Shown here: positions 27,877 to 36,999 of the stretch, piece after piece
How the letters are laid out: every line of letters starts with the position of its first letter
Numbering within the stretch: position 1 is the first letter of the stretch
Source of the DNA: a bacterium
GTDB taxonomy: Bacteria > Hinthialibacterota > Hinthialibacteria > Hinthialibacterales > Hinthialibacteraceae
Assembly: GCA_963663405.2 (NCBI GenBank)
Contig: CAXXSM010000147.1
Location: 1-40,016 of the forward strand
DNA length: 40,016 nucleotides
Direction: 5' to 3'
The notes under the pieces: model-generated
The model's input: the letters and a program-made list of their open reading frames with translations, nothing else
What the model was told of the DNA's origin: nothing
Database searches by the model: none
Made by a program: the position numbers and the translations under genes

Positions 27877-30568
27877 AGTCGTCTCCTTTCCGGGTAAGAA
27901 CGACGCCTAGCTTTTCATCCAGGCTGATCGGGATATTTGGATTTACTGGCTTGCTATCTTTTAAAACTACCATTCGTGAGTGGCGGAGCAGCTGATGGCG
28001 CTTCCATTCGGGTGGAATCATATTCTCGGGAAAATCGGATGGACATCCGCAATACGAGAGCGTGACGGATGACTCGATCAGAAATTGTTCGCGTTCACGG
28101 CGTTTTGTTTCATCCTGTGGAAGGACCTTCTCCGATTCATCACGCAAACAAACAATGGACACGGACGGGGGCCCCAAGCGGGTTCGCGCTTGCAATTGTT
28201 TATGTTTTTCAGGATTGTCTTCATCTAATTCAGGATTCCACTGTGTCAAAACGTTTTCACGTTCAGGTAAAGGAATCACACATCCCCTTCCCGCTTGTTC
28301 TTCTCTTTTGCGCTTGCTTTCACAAGCAAGACGAGTTTCTTCCAGTTGAACCTTCAGAGAAGAGGAGCAATCGATATCGCCTTCTCCATAAACAGACTCG
28401 ATCAACGCTTCCACATCACCGGGGATATGAATATGGTTTCGTGAATGGATAGCCAACCATGTGCGGAGGAGGATATATTCATCGTATACGGAACGACTCA
28501 CGAGGGGATCGGATAACTCATGCCCCTTTGGTTTAAGCACGCTCAAGCATGGTTTCTCAAAGCCTGACGGACGTCTTGCTTTCTTATGCCGGTGCATTCG
28601 TCCCGATCGTTGCAGAAGCAGATCAACCGGAGCCAGTTCTGTGATCATCCAATCAAAATCCAGATCAAGGCTCTGTTCAACAACTTGCGTAGCCACAAGT
28701 ATGGCGCGGTGTGGTCGATGATCCCGCTCTTTGCCAAAGCGCTCTAAAACTTGTTTCTCAATGTATAAACGCTGTTTCAGTGGGAATCGCGCATGAAACA
28801 AAGTCAGTTCAATACCAGAATCACCAAGATGATTCAACAAGGCAGTGAACGCTTCCTGAGCGCGATGAACGCTATTAAGGATCCAGACAGCGCAGCCACC
28901 ATTCGCAAGGCGGGATTCAAGAATTAAGACGAGTCGATCGATATCATCATCAAGCCATTCGAGTTCAAACTCGGTTATACGATCTTCTGTCACATCGATT
29001 GCATGAGTGTTAATTCCAGCGTTCGATGAAAACGTAGTCAAACGGGGATAGGGAGTTTCGTTGATACTCACATTATGCCCTGCATATGCGGTTAAGAGTT
29101 TGTGACGAGTGGAATTTGGTAAAGTTGCCGAGAGAATAATGACGGTTGTGCCAAGCTGACCCAACCAGGAAAGCAATCGCTCGAAAAGCGAAAGCATGTA
29201 CGTATCGTAGGCGTGGACCTCATCGAAGATGAGTGTTTTATCTGCCAAACCGTAAAGCCGGACGGGGCCATGACGAACCTGCATTACTGAAAGAAGTGAT
29301 TGATCAACGGTTCCCACCGCAAAAGGCGCGAGAAAGCCCCGCTTGGATTTAGTAAACCATTCATGAGCGATCAGGCCGCTGGTGTTTTCTTTCTCGTCTG
29401 GATTAATGCTTGCGATTTGCAACGATTTGTAGTCCTGATTCAATTCACGATGACTATGCAACAAAAGTAAATTGAGAATTGAATCGTCGTAACGGTTTTC
29501 CAAAAATGACTTCGTTCGAGAAAATAATTGATTACTCGCGGCCATTGTAGGAAGGGCGAAATACGCGCCCGCCTGTTTGTTTGCTATACTCCACAGGTCT
29601 TGTAAGTAAAGCGCCGCTTCGGTTTTCCCTTCGCCCATCGGCGCCTCGATGATGACAAAACGAAGACCTTCTATCTTGTTTCCAATTTCTATAGTCTTTT
29701 GTTGCAATGGCCGGGGGATAATCGTATGAGGAAACAGCTCCCTAAACGGCTTAGATGCGCAAGGAAGTTCCCAACCGCTCCAATGAAATTCCTGCAAAAC
29801 ACGATTCGCTATATCTTTCGCTTTTTCATAGTATGAAACGGGATCATTGGCTGTAGAGACGTAGTGAAAATGGTTCTCCATTGATCCGATCCAATCGGCC
29901 ACGGCGGTTAATCCCGCGAGCAATATAGGAGTAGCATTATCTCTCGGATCGATCCGAGGAATCATTTCTAGATCTGGGTGAATCGTTTCAAGGAGATGGA
30001 CAACTATCGATTTACGGATCTTTCGCCAATCATTTTTATTCGGCGCGCTTTGATGTTCGGCAAGCGATAATTGTCTTTTTGCTTGGGGTAGTTGGGTTGG
30101 TGTAGGAAAAACGCCGTGATGACCGCCAAGAACAGCGGATAGTTTTTTTACTGTATTGTCATCAATTCGAGTTTGAGCGTCACTGAGCGCTTCTTTCAAT
30201 GAAACAGCAGTAATAAGGCCATGCTGTTGAGGGTTACAATACTTCGGTTCTTTGAACTTTGCGTCATCTAAAGAACGTTTCACAAATTCTGGAATTGGTT
30301 TCATAAATTGGAAGAAAGGATTGGCTTTCCCTAAATCATGCAATGATACGATGTACGCGATCCATGGAATCGCTGTATTATTGGCTATCTTCAATCCTTC
30401 CGCGATTCGTTCGGTTGGAGAGCGGCCCCGCACTGAGTGGCAAAGGCATTCACAGACCGCTGCGGTATCAAGCATGTGATGGATTAACGCGTGGCTTTGT
30501 CCATTTGAATCCTTCTTTGCCCAAAGAATTTTTAGTAGGGATGTTTCATCATTCGTATGCCAAACCAT
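27848..30568 (-). CDS. cas3: Cas3 HD nuclease-SF2 helicase
   Basis: LIHHMLD, HDLGK, GHHG, APMGEGKT, DEVH, SAT, HARF, ATQVVEQSLD, QRSGRMHRH. Confidence 0.97.
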   Translation of the reverse strand: MVWHTNDETSLLKILWAKKDSNGQSHALIHHMLDTAAVCECLCHSVRGRSPTERIAEGLKIANNTAIPWIAYIVSLHDLGKANPFFQFMKPIPEFVKRSLDDAKFKEPKYCNPQQHGLITAVSLKEALSDAQTRIDDNTVKKLSAVLGGHHGVFPTPTQLPQAKRQLSLAEHQSAPNKNDWRKIRKSIVVHLLETIHPDLEMIPRIDPRDNATPILLAGLTAVADWIGSMENHFHYVSTANDPVSYYEKAKDIANRVLQEFHWSGWELPCASKPFRELFPHTIIPRPLQQKTIEIGNKIEGLRFVIIEAPMGEGKTEAALYLQDLWSIANKQAGAYFALPTMAASNQLFSRTKSFLENRYDDSILNLLLLHSHRELNQDYKSLQIASINPDEKENTSGLIAHEWFTKSKRGFLAPFAVGTVDQSLLSVMQVRHGPVRLYGLADKTLIFDEVHAYDTYMLSLFERLLSWLGQLGTTVIILSATLPNSTRHKLLTAYAGHNVSINETPYPRLTTFSSNAGINTHAIDVTEDRITEFELEWLDDDIDRLVLILESRLANGGCAVWILNSVHRAQEAFTALLNHLGDSGIELTLFHARFPLKQRLYIEKQVLERFGKERDHRPHRAILVATQVVEQSLDLDFDWMITELAPVDLLLQRSGRMHRHKKARRPSGFEKPCLSVLKPKGHELSDPLVSRSVYDEYILLRTWLAIHSRNHIHIPGDVEALIESVYGEGDIDCSSSLKVQLEETRLACESKRKREEQAGRGCVIPLPERENVLTQWNPELDEDNPEKHKQLQARTRLGPPSVSIVCLRDESEKVLPQDETKRREREQFLIESSVTLSYCGCPSDFPENMIPPEWKRHQLLRHSRMVVLKDSKPVNPNIPISLDEKLGVVLTRKGDDYERILQSDQ

Positions 30569-30646
30569 TGTTTTACTTCCTATTTATTACATGGCGATTC
30601 TTACCATAAAGGCTCCAAATAATGTTTGAAAATAGTGAAGGACAGA

Positions 30647-33600
30647 CTAACCGGACTTAGACTGGGCCAATTCGAGAATGCGTTCCTCGGCGATCTGATA
30701 GGCGTCGATGATTGACCGGGTTCCCCGGATTGGTTGAACTGTTTTTTCACGAACCATACAGAATTCACCTATGATTTGACCGGGTAGCCGGTTGATGATG
30801 TCAAGACCGTGTTCACTAAGCATTGGTTTCAACTTTGCTAGCGCTGGATTTTCGCGGATACGACCAAGGAACCATGTTTGGATATTATCCCTGCATTTAT
30901 AATCAAAATCCGCTGGGCTTTGCGAGGCAAGAAATATCCCCAATCCCGCCGAACGCGCCCGTCGTAAGAGATTTTCCATCGGTTCCTTCGTGGATGGTTT
31001 GCGCGTGGCGGGAAGATAGAAGTCGGCTTCATCCAGCATGAGAACCGCTTGAAGACGTTTAGATGGATGTCGGCTGGACCAGCGCTCCATTTCTACTAAA
31101 AATCGCGCCATCCAGAATTCAAGATCTCTCATATCGGTTAAAAACTTAAGGCTGATGATCGTCAGGCGAGATCGCTTAGCCGAAGAAGGTGGTTCCAGCA
31201 ATGCGTTAATATTCAATAATTCCCCACTGGATTGCAGCATCTTGCCTTTCATAATCTGCAGCATTTGTAAATCACTCGCCAACTTACCAAATAGTTTGAT
31301 GTCCAAATGCCCAATAGCCTGCACTAATGCTGTATCTTTTTCATTGATAAAATTCATCAGAGTATCGAGATTTAATTCCTTATCTTTTTCCAACTGACTG
31401 AGCGTTGAGATGGCTTGTAAAAGAATGGCGAGTTTCTGTTTTTGATTATTGCTGGATATCCGATAATCCATCATTGAACCCAGAGCGTACGCGGCGTAAT
31501 GGGCGATGTTTTCACGCTCATTATCAGACACGTCTGATAAATCACCCGGCATCAAAGGAATGGATAACGAACGTCCCTCAATATGGCCAGGTGTAAAAAG
31601 ATCCACTTGGATGGCGTCTCTTAATTTCCGTCTCTGTTCGATACTGGAAGAATCATCCATAGGACGCTCCCATGCGGAAGGATCGGCGTAGGAACAGAGA
31701 TCCCCTTTCCGGTCGATCAAAATCACGGGTAATCCCTGTAAGAGTAATTGCTCGATGATGGTCAATGCCAGAGTTGTCTTTCCACTTCCCGTCCCTCCCA
31801 AAAAGGCAGTGTGACGGGTTAGTTCCTGGGGATTCAACGTGATCGGTTCCGCGGCGCGACTATTGCTGTATCCCAGTTGGATTAGACTGGTTTTGCTTGG
31901 TTCCAGTTTCGATTTCTTCGGTTGAGCAGAAGGTGGGGTGGTGGGTATATCCTTTTGTGATGTTGTTCCTTTAACCGGCAGTATTCCATCCGTGATATTC
32001 AGAATTTTTTTGATACTTTCCAAACGGGTCAAAGGACGTTGATGTCTCCGCCAGTTGGGAAACTCTGGTTTATCCTGGTGCATTTCGAGGAATTTCTCAA
32101 ACGCGATCATCGCGCGCCAATCTGAATCTTCGATAGTAATCCGGCGCGCGCCATGAGTGATTAATTCTCCAATGTAATTTGCGATTTTACTTTTCGGATT
32201 TTTTGAATAGGGTGTATTTCGAGCAATGATGATTTTTCGGCCATTCGCAGCTGCTTCCAATCCTTCAATTTCACGCTTTAGCCCTCCACCACGCGCGTCT
32301 TTAAGACACAAGCCTATGATCATTGCTTCGTTCCAGCCGTCTAACTTTATGGTTGATCCTTGATTAATGGCATTGATCTTAATCCCCTTACCTAGTTCTT
32401 CACTACTCTGATTTAGCGCCGAAGAGAGAACTTTTGCAAGAATTTCAGCTTCCACAGGTGGCGCCTCTGAGTATTGACTCAAGAAATCATTCCATACTGA
32501 TTCCAAATTGTCTTCTGTCGGGGGTATTACCTTACGATCTCCGGGCCATCTCTCTGGTGATGTACCATATTCAATCCAATGTTCACGGTATTGTCGACAC
32601 TGGTCGATGATATCCCGCGTTCTCATCCTCTCAAGAAAACTAAGCGATTCGATGGGATAGGGATAACATGGATTATCTTCATCTATGGATAATTCAGCCC
32701 ATTCATATAAGTAACGTAAACGGAGTTCGATGATACGTTGAATCTCTTCGAGATTTCGCTGGTTGGATAGAAGAATAGGTTTCGGATCTTCTTCAATGCG
32801 GTCAAGTCTAGATCGGGTGAGTCCGCTTCGTAAATCGGTGTAATAATCTTCTAAACAGCTTACTACGATAACGCTGGAGGGAACACGATCACTGATCTCG
32901 CAAACGGCGGTCATGGCTTTTTGGAATTTCTCCGCCGCGTTTTCTAAGTTGTAAATATCCTCCAACTGATCAAGGCAGATCACGAGCGCGGCCTGTTCCA
33001 CGCGTTGAATTAGGATCCCTAGTTGTTGAACAATACGAATAGCGTCCCCATCTTCTGTCATGGGAACAATATCTCCTAAAAACCGCCGATCTCGTAACGA
33101 GAGATCGTGTCCACGAAGAAACTGATAGACACACGTATGTATTTTGTTACTACTGGTCTGCAGGTAAATAAGAGCATTGACAATTCGTGGATCAATTTCT
33201 AAAAAATCCTCTTGTTCTATGGCCATGTCAGCGATGTCATGAATTAATTCACTGAGCGATTGTCCTTCGAGTTCATCTGAACGTAATTGAGATACTCGAT
33301 CAGAAAATCGGTTTCGATTCAACTCGTCATGTTCAAAACCGTTCCGAATGGATTCGAGTAGCGCATTGGATAACCGTAAAAGTCCATTCTGTTCAGAGCG
33401 AGATGGATCGAAGGCCATATTGAGAGAATGGATTAAATTACTGAGGATATAACGGCCGTAATTTGATACATCACTACTCATCTGCATATAGCCGAAATAC
33501 CCCAGATTCCGGCTGTGCGCCACATTCCGGAAGGCTCGCATCAGATGGGTTTTACCCGATCCAGCTTCTCCTTTGATCAAAAGTATCTTTCCAAATTGTC

Positions 33601-33802
33601 GATAGGGGGGGCACGTTGCGCGTGATAGCAAACGATCAAAAATATCACGCGCATCCGCATGGATTTCTTCTACATCGAAAGGATCCTCATTCCATATTTC
33701 TTGATAATGAGCAACCGAATAAAAAATCTCAGGGGCGTTTGGATTACAGAATGCATTCAGACGAGAATCGGTTTGGTGGGGATCATTCTGTCGATCATTC
33801 AT
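30647..33802 (-). CDS. Double P-loop ATPase: N-terminal AAA-like domain plus C-terminal HerA/FtsK-like domain
   Basis: Walker A GEAGSGKT with Walker B VICLDQLE; second HTAFLGGTGSGKT, ILIDRKGD, LMLDEAD, RARSAGLGIFLASQSP. Confidence 0.85.
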   Translation of the reverse strand: MNDRQNDPHQTDSRLNAFCNPNAPEIFYSVAHYQEIWNEDPFDVEEIHADARDIFDRLLSRATCPPYRQFGKILLIKGEAGSGKTHLMRAFRNVAHSRNLGYFGYMQMSSDVSNYGRYILSNLIHSLNMAFDPSRSEQNGLLRLSNALLESIRNGFEHDELNRNRFSDRVSQLRSDELEGQSLSELIHDIADMAIEQEDFLEIDPRIVNALIYLQTSSNKIHTCVYQFLRGHDLSLRDRRFLGDIVPMTEDGDAIRIVQQLGILIQRVEQAALVICLDQLEDIYNLENAAEKFQKAMTAVCEISDRVPSSVIVVSCLEDYYTDLRSGLTRSRLDRIEEDPKPILLSNQRNLEEIQRIIELRLRYLYEWAELSIDEDNPCYPYPIESLSFLERMRTRDIIDQCRQYREHWIEYGTSPERWPGDRKVIPPTEDNLESVWNDFLSQYSEAPPVEAEILAKVLSSALNQSSEELGKGIKINAINQGSTIKLDGWNEAMIIGLCLKDARGGGLKREIEGLEAAANGRKIIIARNTPYSKNPKSKIANYIGELITHGARRITIEDSDWRAMIAFEKFLEMHQDKPEFPNWRRHQRPLTRLESIKKILNITDGILPVKGTTSQKDIPTTPPSAQPKKSKLEPSKTSLIQLGYSNSRAAEPITLNPQELTRHTAFLGGTGSGKTTLALTIIEQLLLQGLPVILIDRKGDLCSYADPSAWERPMDDSSSIEQRRKLRDAIQVDLFTPGHIEGRSLSIPLMPGDLSDVSDNERENIAHYAAYALGSMMDYRISSNNQKQKLAILLQAISTLSQLEKDKELNLDTLMNFINEKDTALVQAIGHLDIKLFGKLASDLQMLQIMKGKMLQSSGELLNINALLEPPSSAKRSRLTIISLKFLTDMRDLEFWMARFLVEMERWSSRHPSKRLQAVLMLDEADFYLPATRKPSTKEPMENLLRRARSAGLGIFLASQSPADFDYKCRDNIQTWFLGRIRENPALAKLKPMLSEHGLDIINRLPGQIIGEFCMVREKTVQPIRGTRSIIDAYQIAEERILELAQSKSG

Positions 33803-34836
33803 GATTGTACTCCTGGGATTCGGATAAAGTGGTAACGCGCATTGAGATATGACGTTTCGGATTCAGCGACATCCTGTTGAGGCATGGCCTCGACCAAGTC
33901 GGCGCGGCTTAATTGCAGTAAGTTCTTACGATGGGCTTGAATTAAATGTTCTTTAAACGTGGCTATGCTAATTGAACGATTGGGAAATCGTTCCTGATAA
34001 CAACGAAAGGCATGCGAGATGAATATTTTTTCCCTGCCAAACCAACCTGTTGAAGATTGACGAGCGGTATCGATCACCTCGTGGACAAAATCATGAATTT
34101 TGATCTCATCTCTGTGGATCAATTCTTCAGGCAATTGCGTTGTTCCGTGACCGGTGGTCTCATCTAACCAATAGCGGATCACCGCCAAACGAAGTCCGGT
34201 TTTGTCACTGCGCCGTGCCTGGATCGCTTTTGCCGCCACTTGCTCCTTAAGTTGGCTAAAAGCCGCTGGTTGATCCAGATCTAATACACGACTGAGCAGA
34301 AGTTCTTTCACCGCTGTCAAACTGAATTTTTTATTAGTATCCACTCCAAGTTCTTTCCACAAAAGCGCGTCGAGGGTTTGTGTCTCTGTTGGAACTTTCG
34401 CAATGGGCAGGTCATAATGACGACGAAGAATGATCGCCCGAAGCCCGCCTACTGAAGAGATACGTTTGCGCGTTTCGGAATCGATATGCTGAAGGTTAAA
34501 TACACGAGGGATAAGATATTTCTCTTGAAGCGAAGACCAAACCAGTCCAGGGGGCAGAGATGTTAATCCGAGAAAATCGAGTGAGATCTGGAATCCTTCG
34601 GCGCTTAACTGAGGGCGGATACTCCTTCCGCTTTTCTCTTCTGTGATTAATCTACGACTGGTTAGATACTCCCATCGCTTATTGAACAGTTCAGACCAGC
34701 CTGAGCCACGAAGACGGTGTTCGAGAAAAATACCTATATCCTTTTGAACTTTGTTCGTAGTTAGTCCGGTTTTTCCTGGAATCAAAAGACGCACAAGAAT
34801 CAGCTGGTCAATGGAACTCAGTGAATCATTGTTCAT
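33799..34836 (-). CDS. Hypothetical protein, possibly with winged-helix domains, translationally coupled to the ATPase
   Basis: 345-aa ORF; RBS AAAGGA; ATGA overlap with the ATPase; N-terminal L.SRRLI....LSAEG resembles a wHTH wing. Confidence 0.75.
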   Translation of the reverse strand: MNNDSLSSIDQLILVRLLIPGKTGLTTNKVQKDIGIFLEHRLRGSGWSELFNKRWEYLTSRRLITEEKSGRSIRPQLSAEGFQISLDFLGLTSLPPGLVWSSLQEKYLIPRVFNLQHIDSETRKRISSVGGLRAIILRRHYDLPIAKVPTETQTLDALLWKELGVDTNKKFSLTAVKELLLSRVLDLDQPAAFSQLKEQVAAKAIQARRSDKTGLRLAVIRYWLDETTGHGTTQLPEELIHRDEIKIHDFVHEVIDTARQSSTGWFGREKIFISHAFRCYQERFPNRSISIATFKEHLIQAHRKNLLQLSRADLVEAMPQQDVAESETSYLNARYHFIRIPGVQS

Positions 34837-34949
34837 TCTGTCATTTCCTTTCTGTATTCAAATACACATTCGATTATCGAATCGATTATCGTTTCCAGAT
34901 TTGTGACAACGAGTATGTTCGAGAGCATTGGCCATGGAAGAGAGTGTTT

Positions 34950-35042
34950 TACCATACGCGAAATAGCAACCCAATTGTCATGCAATTAAATCCATGGCCC
35001 GTTTTCATTATTGCGTGGCGCTGTATGCGCATAATATTGCAT
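34950..35042 (-). pseudogene. Possible degraded Cas3-HD-like N-terminal fragment
   Basis: RBS GGAG then MQYYAHTAPRNNENGPWI*LHDNWVAISRMV, resembling the YYAHS..WQxLxDHL start of Cas3 HD domains. Confidence 0.45.
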
Positions 35043-35205
35043 TGGATTTTCTCCATGAATTATTAACATGCCCAATAGTCAAGTGAGTGATAATAACATA
35101 TAGCAGAAGCACTTTTAAGAATAAATCAACTAAATGTAGGTATAATTTACAGGAATTGAATTCCCCTGATTTAACTTGTATCTAGTTGGGTACAACTCAT
35201 TATGC

Positions 35206-36693
35206 TCAAATGCTGAATATTGAGAGATGGCAGAGTGAATCCGAATACCACACACCCGATCCTGTCATATCATTACTCTGAATGATCAATTCATTCCCCA
35301 ATCCTATAGATGAATCCGCTAGTTCAATTTCCTGGGAGACTTTTTCAATGAATTTATCGGTGGAGTGAAAAGGCGTCTCCTCTTTTTGATCGGGATCGCA
35401 AATGGCTTCCATGAAATACGAATCGGCTAACCGATCCCAACATTGTTGAAAAATGGCAGGAGAATCAAAACAATCCATTCCAATGATCTTTTTGCCTCTG
35501 CAAACTAAAACACCTGTAGTCTCCTCTGAAAGCGTAAATTTCCCCCGGTATTCTTTAATTCGTTCGTTGGCCTGTTGATAGCCGTCCGTAACCGATTCAG
35601 TAGGCGAAGATGACTTGAGATCGTGAAGATGCGATTCCACGGCTTCCCAGACAGCGCCTTGATCGCTTCGAGCCATTCCCGATTCGGATCGACACGCTTG
35701 GGTGCTTTGCATAGTTCGGCGGCGTAGTGTGGGATGGGCGTAGTGTGTGGCTTCAAATTTATGTGACGCATATTCCCAACGTCCTCGTTCTACACAGCTC
35801 ACAGGAATACGGATATTGCTTTCCGTCGCCACGAGAATGGAGATATTGACGATCCGGTTCTGTTTGGCGCCCGTTAAAATTTCTCCCCCAGGAACCAAGA
35901 CCGGGGAGAATCCATGATTCTGAAGAATGAGTTCGTTCACTTCTCCTTCTTCCGAGACTTCTTCAAGGACAGCGTCTCCCGAATCGAGAGCGCTTTTCAG
36001 CAACACGTATTTGGCAGAGATTCCATTGTTCGGAAAAATAGGGAACAGTGTCAAATTGTGATGATGAATTGGATCTCCTAATCGGAGTTTTTTCAAAACA
36101 TCACGAATCGAGTTAAGAGCGGTATTTCCCAGCCGGTTTTCAATCTCTTTCGCTTTTGAAGGGAATAACGCTAACAGCAGATGCGTTTCGGGGGAAATGA
36201 TGTTTTTAGCCAATGATTCGAGACGTTTGCCCAATCCTCGAATCACGTCCGGCTTCGTGTATTCAGATACTCTTTCAAAGACACTCCGAATTGTTTCTTG
36301 CAACGCTTCCACATCCGTCGAGGGGGTCAGTTTGGGTTGAAGTATATAAGCGCCTTTTTTGGATAGAAAGATTTTCAGTATCACCGGACAGCCTCTGTGC
36401 CGGTGGATCGATTGAGAAATTGATTGTTCGGGGATCCAACCTTCAACAAATATCGCTCCTTTATCGATGAGGGGGGAGAGCCACGATGCAATTTTACGGG
36501 GAATGAATCCAGCGTCATCGAAATCCATATTTTTGACTCGAATCGCATTGGGATCATGCTGGTTATCTGGATCACGTTCCAAATGAACTTCATTCCCTGC
36601 ATTTATGTTCCCTTCCGCATACTGCATTCCAGTAATCTTTGTTTGAATGGATCCTAAATAAACGTCGTGAATAGAATTGGTGGATTGTTTCAT
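35206..36693 (-). CDS. HIRAN domain plus DUF6569/ARPP-1-like domain fusion protein
   Basis: N-terminal ITGMQY..LERDPDNQHDPNAIRV..GFIPR (HIRAN); C-terminal NLTLFPI..GEILTGAKQNRIVN..IPVSCVERGRW..DQGAVW; RBS AGGAG. Confidence 0.8.
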   Translation of the reverse strand: MKQSTNSIHDVYLGSIQTKITGMQYAEGNINAGNEVHLERDPDNQHDPNAIRVKNMDFDDAGFIPRKIASWLSPLIDKGAIFVEGWIPEQSISQSIHRHRGCPVILKIFLSKKGAYILQPKLTPSTDVEALQETIRSVFERVSEYTKPDVIRGLGKRLESLAKNIISPETHLLLALFPSKAKEIENRLGNTALNSIRDVLKKLRLGDPIHHHNLTLFPIFPNNGISAKYVLLKSALDSGDAVLEEVSEEGEVNELILQNHGFSPVLVPGGEILTGAKQNRIVNISILVATESNIRIPVSCVERGRWEYASHKFEATHYAHPTLRRRTMQSTQACRSESGMARSDQGAVWEAVESHLHDLKSSSPTESVTDGYQQANERIKEYRGKFTLSEETTGVLVCRGKKIIGMDCFDSPAIFQQCWDRLADSYFMEAICDPDQKEETPFHSTDKFIEKVSQEIELADSSIGLGNELIIQSNDMTGSGVWYSDSLCHLSIFSI

Positions 36694-36999
36694 GGCGTTC
36701 TCCTGAAGATACAGATTTGAACGGCTTAATCTCAGAGATTTTTCCTCGCAATGTATTTTCTTTTGGGAGGCTGGCGATGTATTGTATCAAGAAGGGCGCC
36801 AAGTTTTGAAATGAAAAAGTTATCGCAACTCTAGCTGTTGTATTTGAAAAGATTATGGGGACTGACGTTATAGAGAATTTAATTTAAACGAGAGGAACAA
36901 ACTGGAAGAGGAACGACCAATATTTGAATGATCTCGTTCAATTTTTGAACGTGTTATTTTTAATAGAGTTGTTTTTAGAAATCCAATTTCCAGACGATT

